In this document: one piece after another, positions 53,028 through 64,000 of the stretch | Numbering within the stretch: position 1 is the first letter of the stretch | Layout of the letters: every line of letters begins with the position of its first letter | DNA from: Sphagnum compactum | Lineage: Eukaryota | Direction of reading: 5' to 3' | Assembly: GCA_965153455.1 (NCBI GenBank) | Contig: OZ234493.1 | Span: 4,464,001-4,528,000 of the forward strand | Length of the DNA: 64,000 nucleotides | The notes under the pieces: generated by a model | Databases searched by the model: none | The model's input: the letters and a program-made list of their open reading frames with translations, nothing else | What the model was told of the DNA's origin: nothing | Position numbers and translations under genes: made by a program

Positions 53028-56000
53028 TCTTTCAGGGATGTCTAAAAGCGCCCGCGCGCCCTCAGATGGTTGGTAAAAATCAATAATAATGTCTCAAACA
53101 AACGACAACAACCAATGATGGCGCAAGCTTCGCTTCCCTTCCCCTCCCTTCCTCACCGAGAATGTGCTGTTTCTCTACAGACATTTTGAAGGACGAGTCG
53201 GAGATACAAAGTATGCACAAATCCAAAGGGAGCAACAAACTGTTGGACTTGAAAGGGGGAAGACTCCACCACGTGAACATCGAGTGTCCTGTAACATGTG
53301 TTTTTTCCTGAAATGCTCGAAAGAACTGAAAGAAACGCCAATGCAGAAGGTCTAAAGCAGAAGAGCTGCAGACAAAAGGACTCAAGACCAAAAAGAAAAA
53401 AAAAGGCATTTAGTTTCAACAAAGCAAAACAGAAAAGCCATTGGTCCTCATCACTACTATATACAGCAAGCTCGAAAGAATTTTCCGCCAGGTTCCGGAG
53501 AGCCTGTAAGTACCTCATCAAGATTGCTGCAAGGAACAACACGCCATTCATGCATGGTGCAGCCAGAGCTCCTGGGAAATGCAACCAGAAGAAGCGCCCG
53601 CACACCGCCAAAAGCGGAAGAACCAAACGGCCTGCCTGCAGCCTGCAGTCAACAAGAAGCGAGAACAATCAAAAGCCCGCCACCACGAGAACAGACGGAG
53701 ACGAAAATCGATTGCAAAAAATAGAAGGAGACAAGTAAGTAAGTGCACGGGAGGGGGGAGTGGGGGGGGGGGGGGGAGGGAACAGAAGAAAATTATTGTT
53801 TTTTGCAAGAAAAACAATCGAGTTCGGTGCGATGGCGATGGACACAAACAAACACACACAAGAGCTGGCGACAAAGAACACACAAGCAAAAAGAAGACAC
53901 GGAAGACGAAAAACATAAGGCGTGCATGGGGCTCAGACTTTCCTAAATAATCTTTACTTAGAATTAATTAATCACATTTTTAATTTAAAAACCTGCTTAA
54001 GTGAAAACGTGCTTAAGGTTTTTTTTAAAACCTGCTGAGGTTCGAACCAGGGTTGGAGTCGGAGTCAGTCCTGGAGAGTTTGAGGGTTTTTCTTTTCGTA
54101 TTTGTGATGTAGCTGAACTGGCGATCATCCATAATACAGTCTAGCCAAATTTGGCTATCGACAGGATATGAATTAATTTTTTTTTAAGTTTAAGATTTCT
54201 TCACATTTTTGGCTACATGCTAGAACCCAGTAAAGAAATCTGGCAATATTTCAAAAAAGAATTGTAGAAATTTGGCTGGTAGGTATTAGATGATGCCTCA
54301 GGTCCGACCCTACAAGGCTGGTGTATATGTTTAAGGGTCGTTTGTTTTGCCAAAAATTCATGTTTTCTCAAAAATTCATTTCACTATTTTAAAGATTATT
54401 TAATAACAAAACCGACCCTAGTGCGGCTTTGGCACAAATTATATTAATTTTTGGTTTTGTTGAAATTTTCAGGAAAAAAATAGTACTTTGTGTCAAAAAT
54501 TCATTCAGAAATTTCAAATTCATATTAATTATTTGACACATTAGTGCGGAAGTGGCCAAGGGTATTATGATAATCACAAATTCAAATTTAAAGCTGCTTA
54601 AGTGATATGCCAGGTTCCAAGTTCAAACCTGAGAACCTCATATGTCTTTCAAAGGAAAAGAGCTCTGAAGTTGCCTGAGTGGAAGCTTTAATGACTGAGA
54701 ATGAGAGTTTTTTTTTCCCCCAATTTTTTTTTTGGTGATGTAGGCTAGCTGAAGTGGCGGGCGTCCCACAAGAGGGTTTAGCCATAGCCAAATTTGGATA
54801 GAAACAAAATATGAAAGCAAGAAAACTTAAGTATCCTTCTTATATTGTTGAACAAACAAGGGGTGTGTCACAATGTAATGCACAATAGAAAGATGGCTTA
54901 CATACCTCTGTGTAGGGAGAGTGGAAAATTAATAGAGAAAATTAATTTGCATATCTTTACAGTGTACATTGTAGAGGAAGGGACCTACGGAGTGCCTTGT
55001 GTTAAGGGGCGTTAACTGAAGGTGGCCCAAAATGAGGGAAGGCTAGCCCCACACAAGGGCCCTTTCAGTACCTAAAGAACCTTCAAACCTTGGCCATATT
55101 GATTGGCCCCATCAGCAATTTTTTTGGAACGCTGGGCATGCCCCCAATGAATGAAGCACCTCTATGGACCCTGTGAGCCATACCGACACAACCATGTGCG
55201 GTAGTCTCAATTTTTTAGAATTACATCAGGGTTATTTGAGTGGGGTAAGGTTATTAAGGGCTTTTAGCGACTTCATTGGGAGTGATGAATGCTCTGGGTG
55301 CATAGGGGGTTTGTTTTCTTTTCTGAAATGCGTTATTGGTGATTAAGAAGTTGGATTACTTCTTTTCTTCAACGAAGGCTTATAACCATAGTTTTAGAAA
55401 CTCTGTTGCGTAATTAGGGGTGAGAAATCTCTAGAGGGTTGGGGGTAGAAGAAGACACCAAAACTAGCGGTGTTCAACACAACATTAGTTTGGTTATGGT
55501 ATTTAGGGAGTAGCAAGCATGTTAGAAATTCTCGAAGCAATTGAAGGGGGTGTTAATGAAAGGTTTAATAGAGATAGAACAATCTTCAAGCCGTTGAACA
55601 TAAGGTTAATTCGAGGCAACTCAACGATTAAACAGATAGTATGATAGTGTGCCAATGGCAACAGGAATCTAATGATAACTGAAACATTTATTTAGAATAA
55701 GGTTAAGCTAAGCAAGGAGCTGCAAGTACATTTAAAATTCTGGGCTATGCCATACTAATAGTTCACAGCTGCAAGAAATCTAGGATGCGTCGGATGGTGC
55801 GAACTAGGTAGTCCGCCTTACTATTAGGAGACAGGCGACGAATCGGACTGCGCAACCAATGATAGTGTCCAACACCTGGAACCGAAGACCATGCGAAGAT
55901 AGAAGTATCCAGTTTGGTAACAACCTTCACAGGTTCATCACCAGAAGCGAGGTCGACTTGCAGCAAGATCACCAAGGTGCGAGAGTTCGAAAAGATACGA

Positions 56001-56730
56001 TAGGTCTCAGGCTCGAGGGGGTTCAACTTCAAGATGAGCATGCACTTCTCGAGCTTCGGGTTCTTCGTCACGAGGATGCTGTGTCAGGGTAAGATCTAGA
56101 GATGAATCCAGAGGCAATTCTTCATTCGCTTATGCGGCTTGCGGCCCGTAAGATGTGACCGTGCGCGACGCCATAATTTCAAGGAGAGGAAAAAGGTCAG
56201 ATCTTCAACCAAATCACATCAACAATGAAGGTGCGAAGGACTTGATACATTGAGGTGCATAGTCGCAATTTATAGATCGAAAAAAAGGAAAGGAAGGCGT
56301 GAGTAACGGCTTAAGGCCATGGTAAAGTAAAACCGTGAGGTCGACGGAAAAAAATTGAAGGTTTAAGTAAAGTTTGTTGGGGGGAAAATGGAAGAGGTGA
56401 AAAGGTGTTTCTCCTTTACCTTCCATTGGCCACCAAGCATGGAACCTTCCATTGGCCACCAAGCTTTGAATCTACCTTCACCTCCCTTTTCCTTCTCTTT
56501 AAAAGGTGGACTCGGATGATTGGGGTCTCTCTCTTTGCCTCGGAGATAATTTTCATTCAATTTTGAATACTTGTTTCCACAAGCTTCATGAAGAGGAAAA
56601 GAATGGTTAGTCTTAGGAGAGGGGAGAAGGAAAGGAAGTAGAACGAAAATCTTGTAATAGTTTTGAAGGAATGGGGGTAGGTAGTGATAGTGTTGGAAGA
56701 TTGGAACTTTAGAGAAAGCTCACAAACCCC

Positions 56731-57280
56731 CTCGGGTTTCATAGCATAACTTCTTGCTGGTTCAGCTGCAGATCTTGAGATTTGGTAAAAAGGTGCGCCT
56801 TGTAGTTAGCTTTCCAATGAGCTAAGGCAAGCCGGATTTGGATACCGTATGTGTTAGAAACAATAATCTGAGTGACTAGAGGTCTGCAGTCAAGTTGAAC
56901 AACTGCCTTCATAAAACACTCTCGGGTTTGATGGTATAACTCCTGACTGGTTTAGCTGCAGATCTTGAGATTTGGTAGGAAGGTGTGCCTTGTATTTAAC
57001 TTTCCAATGAGCTAAGGCAAGCCGGATTTGGATGTCGTTTGTGTTAAAAACAATATTCTGAGTGACTAGAGGTCTGCAGTCAAGTTGAACAACTGCCTTC
57101 GCAAAACCCTCTCGGGTTTGGTGGTATAACTCCTCACTGGTTTAGCTACAGATCTTGAGATTTGGTAGGAAGGTGCGCCTTGTAGTTAACTTTCCAATGA
57201 GCTAAGGCAAAATGGATTTGAATAATGTATGTGTTAGAAATGATGTTTTAAGTGACTGATGGTTTGCAGCTATGTTGGAC
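56731..57280. repeat. Tandem array, 190-bp unit x ~2.9
   Basis: Units start ctcgggttt at 56731, 56921 and 57111 and share cagatcttgagatttggta..aggtg.gccttgta.tta.ctttccaatgagctaaggcaa. Confidence 0.95.
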
Positions 57281-58059
57281 ATGGTGTTGAGTCTTTAAAC
57301 ATTGGTTTAAATGAATGACAATTTGATATAAAATCCTAGAATGTGTAGCGTGTGAGCTTGGAAAAAATATATCTATCAATCCTAATCGTGAATGATGCAT
57401 AGGAGAACTTAATTTCAACTACAAACGCAATTTAACATATAGAATCACGCTTGCATCTTTCCTTCACCAATAGTTTTTGTGCTTCCAAGCATAGTCGCCT
57501 TGTAGAACCGGGAGTAGAGGGACGGAAAGTCGCCTCACAGACCCCCCCCCCAATTGCAAAATAGAAACTAACATGCTCCCCTAGATTTCACCATTTCAGT
57601 TTATATACATGGGAGTTGAACTTTGGGCAAACCATACGGGATAAAGCCTAGGTGCTATTGGGAACATCTTGGGGAACACATTTGGGAACTTGAAAACCCT
57701 TTGGGAACATGATGAGATTTTTTAAAATTCATCTCCACCCCAATGATGCGCTTAATGACAAAAACATAAGAATGAACATATAGACCTCACTACCTTTAGT
57801 ATTACAAAAGTCATCTATTTTCAATTGGGGGAACCAATGAGCCACAATGAACCAACACCCACAAGTGCACCATGATGGATGAATGGTAAGTGGTCACAAA
57901 ATAGTTTTCTATTGGGTTCCAGTTCTAGTTTTTTTTTTTTTTTTCCTACTACCTATTAACAAGCCACAAGTAGGTTGTTATTGGGTACGTAGTAAAAACA
58001 ACCCATATCTATGTATGAACCATTTATTTAAGTAATAGTTATTTATTTTTCTACCTATC

Positions 58060-58720
58060 TACCTATGTATAAAAGAATGGTGGTACATCTTTATGTTAGG
58101 AGTTTCATCATGAGCCAATTTCTACATTACCCAGAAGGATAACGTTTTCGTTATCAATATGATGATTACTGATTTGAAACGAAAGATAGTAGTTTCAAAT
58201 ATCATTAGTTGACTAATAGGTGTAACTATAAAACTTAGCGGCATTGCTAAAATTTACAAGTATAAAGGGCTTCATGAGAGGCATCATTTTATTCTGATGG
58301 CCATGAAGGTGCACAACACACTTAGGCATGATATGGATCGTTTCATCCGGAATGTGCTCATCTTTTCCATGACGGACGATCGAAAGGTCATTTATCTTTG
58401 TCTTTTTGCATTCAATTTTTCAAGCAACATGTTAATATTGATCTTCAGTGTGTTTTAGCCTCTGCTATGGAAAGAAAGATTGTGTTAATGGGTGATGTTT
58501 GTTTTAGACCTCCCATTACTATTAGATCTCATGATTTGCATGTAGATGACATTAGAGGGGCCGTGGGTGAAATAGTTTCCTACCACGAAAAGGACTAGCT
58601 CTCTCCATTTGATTTTTTGTTCATGCGGGCTGTGCATCTTTTGGCCTTTTTTTGGCCTTCCCTTTTTTGTTTCCCTTGTGATGGTTCCGGCCATCAATCT
58701 TTTATTAGATTTTTGTGTCC
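58060..58720 (+). mobile_element. Decayed 3' end of a second RLE-type (CRE-like) non-LTR retrotransposon family
   Basis: Translation AKIYKYKGLHERHHFILMAMKVHN..DMDRFI, a frameshift, then SFCIQFFKQHVNIDLQCVLASAMERKI..HEKD*. Resembles the K..KY..F.P.A.E..G..LQR signature of RLE tails; a T-rich 3' region follows. Confidence 0.65.
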
Positions 58721-60872
58721 AATCTACCTATGTATAAGAGACCTATTTGTTACAAAATTGGTTACCAAGGTGAAACCAAATATTAACTCAATTTAAATTC
58801 ATTCACAATTGAAGAGATAAAAGGAATGCAAACAAATGAAAAGTTTATATTGAATCCTAGCTGGTGGTGGATAACAGTTCATTGTTTCATGGATGTTGTG
58901 TCAAACTTATCTAACTACAGTATTTGGTGGTTTTAAAAAAAAAAAGATAAATACATCCATGAACACATTTTTCAATTTGGCACATCACAATTCAACATCC
59001 AAGAAAAATTGACAAATTATGAAACCATAATAATGGTGTTTTGGTTCATGGCATCCATTGGGAACTTTATGGGAACACATTGAAAACAACAATTTTTCAA
59101 TGACAATTTATTAGAGGGTTGTTGAAAATGAACAACCTTATTAAGGCCATTTCAATTATGAAAGTATGGTGGTAGAAATGTATGGGTATTAGGGGTGATG
59201 ATGATAAGGTTTGCCATCCATGTTTGTCAATGATATGAAATATAATATTTTGTTGCAATTTTTTTTGTATTGAATAGGAAACATTGTGTTCATTAATATA
59301 ACATGTGTTTTTTTATTGTCCTTAAAATTTGAATATGTATGATAATTTGTAAATATGGTATTAAATTTTAACATTATCATTATAAAAAAATTAGTGTTGA
59401 AAGAGCAACATTGGGTTTCAAAAGCTTTACGTTACACAAGTCAAAATGCGCTATTATGTTGTAATAGTGACATATAAAACTTGTTGGATTGTTGAATTAT
59501 TTAGTAGATGATACTTTCAAAAACATATGTTTGAAAGGTTTAGAAAACACTAATAATGTGTTATAACAAGACAAAACATGGCGTAACATTTGATAATTTA
59601 TTTGTGAAATATACAAGTTTATGATCTATCTAGTATGTTTCTTTTGATCCATAATAGCATGGTTGCATTTGTGCATTTCTCCAAATATTGTTAATTTGTG
59701 TATTGTTAATAGTTGAGTTCTTTGAAAAAATAAAGTTCCAAATTGCACTTTTTCATAAAAAATTTCTTAATAAAAATCTGTAGTGTTAATGATTGATTTG
59801 GTTTTGTTAGCACATGTTTATTTTGAAATCTCAAATTATCATTGTTGGACAATCAAAAGGTATATAATTTAATTTTAGATAACTGAACTAAAATTTTCCC
59901 ATTTTAGGTGGTCTATATATATTATTTATTATTTATTATATTATATTTTGAATTTTCTTTTTACCAAGCCTATAATGAGTTTTAACACCACAATTTGTTA
60001 TTATCCTTCAGATTTATCCAGAATCTATGGTTTCAAGCCATGTATATTTGTGCACTCTAATTTTTTTAAATACAAAAAAGCACATTTTTGACTAAATTAC
60101 ATATGAAAAGACACATTGTTAAAAAAAAGACATTTTCAAATATGGTTTTTTTATCTTTATCTTTTTTTCCTTTTTTTCTTGTTGAGATTATTTATTTGTT
60201 TGATCGGATTGGGGTTTATTAGTATTATGTGAATATGAATTTATTCACCATCATTATACTAATTGAATTTTGTAATTATTAAAAAAAATTGAGGATTTTT
60301 TTTTATGCACATGTTTGCATCATGTAGTATGCATTACACCATATACAAAATATATAATAATGCATTACATTATCTTTCATTTTGAATTTTTTTTAATTTT
60401 TTTTTGAAAAAAATCAAAGGAAGTTAAAATGCAAATAGAATCATTACTTTTAATTATGAATTCTTGATTGACATTAAATAACCTTTAATCAATCCAAAGC
60501 TTTTTCCCCTAATCATGAGGTCCTAGTAATGTTATTTGCCAATTGCATGGTTTGATCATAAATTATCACTGTTCCATGTTTATTATAACAAAATAAAAAT
60601 AAAATTTTATTTGATATCACATTCAAAAGTTCTTGATTTGTATTGATAATTTATTTTATTTTTTTTAAACAAAGAATTTGAGATGTTATATAACTTTGGA
60701 TCAACTAATTTTTTAAAAATATAATTTTAAAGAACATGTATTAAGAGATTTTACACCTACATCTTTTATATGATGTAATTTCAAAGTATCAATAGATAGG
60801 TCATATCAAATGTTTGTATTTAATCATCATTTTTTCTTCAACAATTGAATTTATTTTCAAAGTTAAAAAAAC

Positions 60873-60877
<5 letters not shown>

Positions 60878-60912
<35 letters not shown>
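60878..60912. repeat. (TA)n microsatellite
   Basis: About 17 uninterrupted TA units. Confidence 0.95.
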
Positions 60913-60918
<6 letters not shown>

Positions 60919-63629
60919 ATGAACTCTGAATAAATTTGTATACGTTTAAACCATGTTTCATCACATGAGTAGAATCAAATGATAAACAATTAAAAATCAA
61001 ACCTTGTGCACAATGTCTAATGTGTGTTCCTACCAATTGAATGGCGAATTGAATTCTTATTATCACATGAAAATGGTAATTTTTAATTTTTATTTCAACA
61101 TTTTATTTATTTATTGATGTCTATTTTTATTAAGTATAATGAATTTTTCATAAAAATGCAAACTTTATATTCTTGTGTTGAATCCGACTTGAAATTGTAA
61201 AATTCATCCATATTAATGATTTTGAAAAGCTAAAAATATTCTAATTTGAAGGTGATTGATCCCCAAATCATTGAAATAGTGGTTGAATGTCATTTGGTTA
61301 GTTTGATTCTTTCTTGGTCACAACTTTCACCTCAATGCAACCCCGCTAAAATATACATTTGAAAAAAACCTTTTTAATGGTGTAAAACAGGGTCCAATTT
61401 GGACAAGGATTGTTGAACACCTTGAAATTTCACATTTTTAAAAATGAAAATACATTTAAGTCTTGAGAATTTCTTGCATTGCCACACACTTCCTTCTCAC
61501 AATGACAATGTGTTTAGGTGCCCGCTTTGCCTCAACTTATTATCAACATGTTTCCCTTTTGTTTTGTCCTACCCTTGGTCATGAACCCAAAACTAAGGTC
61601 ACAACACAAAATATTCATTAAACAAATAGTTGTCCACTAAACATACTTCAAAAAAATGGACCATTGTATAGGACACAAATTCCATTACAAAACCAAATGC
61701 ATTAAATATCAAATATCTATCTCAAAATGTTGAAACAAAATTGTTTTTTCCAAAAAAAATTCCTAGAAGGCAAATCTTGCTCCTCATGTTAAATGTCATC
61801 GATACCCATTTTTTCTAGGGTTCCTATTTGGTGTCGTCGTTTGAATTCCAAGATGAATTATCAACTCTATTGACATGACATTTGATGATAAAACAAAGAA
61901 GTCATGGATGCTTAGATATAGATTCCACAATATTCATGACCAATTCATTTTTCAAAATTATTAATACAAAACCTATTTTTGGCAGAATTTTTTTTTGGTA
62001 AATTTCAATGTTAATGACTTCATTATATCATCAAGATTCAAGAATTAGGTGTCATGGTAGCAATGTTTTTCATACTGAAAAGTGAAATTCAAAATTAACA
62101 AAAAAGCAATTTTGAAGGTTTTTAGTCCTCAGAAGGGAAAAAACTTGTGATTTGTATATAAACTTGGTTTTCATTGTGTAGCCAAAAATATAGAAGGATA
62201 ATTATACAATCAGATAAATCACATAATTAAACTTTGTTGGGAACATGACATCAAGCGATTATTTTTTAATTAAAAGAAATCCTAGCAATAAAACTTTTTA
62301 TACTAGCAAATCATCATATATTGTCACTTCAACAAATTCACACATATCCAACTTTCAATTACAGTGCTAAACTACATCAAATAGTGTGAAAAATCTGATC
62401 AAGACATTTGACACTTTTCAATATACCATCACCTCTAATGTGGCAACTCTTTGATTATTTGTCAGCAAAGAATGCACTGCAATTGGAGTAGTTCATATAG
62501 ATTTCAACGGAACGCTTGCAAAGAAATATGCTATTGCCTTTGAACTTTCATCTTTGCACTATATGCTTTTAACAAGCAGCTCATCACATAATGGCTTTTC
62601 CCATTAGGAAAGCTCAAACCCATGGCTTTTCCCCATTAGGCAAGCTCAAACCAGCAACAACTAACATAGGAACTGTTCCATGAAGTTCCCAAAAAATGAA
62701 CTCGTAGTTCACAGTAACACCTGGTGAACATCCCTCAAAATGTGGGACCAAATGAACACTTCATTACATTAAGGTCTGGGGTGGCAGATAATGTCATTTT
62801 CTTGACCAAAACATATGACATAATTTTCCTGTGATGGTCATACACTCATCATAACAGTGAACAAAATCTCTGTTGAATATGACCTTTGGAAACAAATTGT
62901 TGAATCTGCCACCCGGTCTAAATGTCATGGAATGGTCTCAAACTTGCCCATTATGTTGGGTGCATCACCCAGCTCACCCTAATGGGCTCAACTAACACCT
63001 TACCCAACATAATGGGCAGGGGCTTGAACATGCATCAGAATTTTCAACTCATTATATTAAACCTAAAAAAGCACTGAAATACAAACCTACCACTTATGAT
63101 AGATATTCAGACATTGATATTGTCAGATACATATGTATAAGATCTCACAAGAAGTTTAATAAAATTTGGAAAACTGATTAATAATTCTATGATTGCACCT
63201 AAAATTGAATATATGAGTTCTTTTTCCTTCAATTCAAAAGTCATTTGACTTGGGATACACTATAATCGAGTAGGACATAAAGAAAACTGCACTGTGAAAT
63301 CCATTTATGTACACTCTGGCTTGCAAATGCCATTATGAAGGAGATAGTACCTTGGCAGGACGAAGAGGCTATCATTCTCCTTGATTTCAGTTCATGTTCA
63401 TCAATTGGATCTTCAGCTAAAACCCAAAAAACAGCAACATATCCAAATTCGACATATAAACTCACTGACCCCCCTCTTTCAGCAGCAGGAAATCAATATC
63501 ACATGTTGTGAAATAGTGACAAACCCACATGTGGCCCAAAGATGTAACAGGTCACACTATATCCAATTGTCCAAGAATGAAAAACAGAACATATTGCACA
63601 TAACTATCTGCCGGATTCCTTGTGACCAG

Positions 63630-64000
63630 TCAGGGTCCTGGTAGAGTACAGAAGTTGGGTACCACATCATCAAAAGATAGGCCGAAACAGGGGTCTGTGG
63701 AACTTAAGTTCTTGGCTCCTTGCTGGGACAGTTTGCCAAATGCATGAGACAGACTCCAACAGACATTACTCTGACATGACAGACTAACATCAATAGTTGC
63801 CACTGCTGAGTTGACAAGCTGCAGAGCAGAAACACAGTTCTAGCTACCAAAACAAATCAGAATTTACTTAGTGGAGCCAAGCACAAAATCTAAAATAAAC
63901 AGAATCAATAAAACATGACCTTTATTGTTCAGCACTCAACAGGAGGTAAACCTGAGGGGTTCTGAACTCCAGGAGGATGTGAGGTGTGCACTGTGCACCT
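63630..64000 (-). CDS. Last two exons of an unidentified gene that extends beyond the window
   Basis: Exon 63952->64000 (GAQCTPHILLEFRTPQ, donor CAG|gtttac) joins in phase 0 to acceptor ctctgcag|, then a 63-codon open frame 63630-63818 (LVNSAVATIDVSLSCQSNVCWSLSHAFGK..CTLPGP*). No family recognised. Confidence 0.5.

Noticed and set aside
53080-53950. Several overlapping 60-170 aa ORFs on both strands
   Set aside because: Low-complexity F/L- or K/R-rich translations of the pyrimidine-rich 5' UTR/promoter region of the TPR gene.
56731-57280. 190-bp array as a CRISPR-like or other repeat-spacer array
   Set aside because: Whole units are homologous end to end with no unique spacers, and no cas genes are present; this is an ordinary tandem repeat in eukaryotic DNA.
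62591-62652. 31-bp direct repeat x2
   Set aside because: Simple local duplication with no further structure.

Overview
AT-rich, intron-containing land-plant nuclear DNA. A MOK/LF4-type kinase plus the repeat landscape suggest a bryophyte such as a peat moss; this is inference. Gene models were assembled by hand from splice sites and reading phase. The window holds four protein-coding genes and the 3' end of a fifth: (1) a minus-strand MOK/LF4-like kinase with about 14 exons and one GC-AG intron; (2) a 5-exon, 282-aa protein with DEN-box and D-box degrons and two MSA (G2/M) promoter elements, a candidate PATRONUS/securin-like regulator; (3) a SKIP35-like ankyrin-repeat protein; (4) an EF-hand/TPR/ZZ-finger protein (At1g05150-like) with an apparent frameshift that would remove the ZZ finger; (5) the last two exons of an unidentified gene at the right edge. 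There is also a tRNA-Val(UAC) gene. Intergenic space is mostly decayed transposons: CRE-like RLE retroelement tails, tiny CACTA-ended elements, MITE-like hairpins and tandem repeats. No CRISPR, rRNA or prokaryote-type system is visible, and I found no clearly new multi-gene system.
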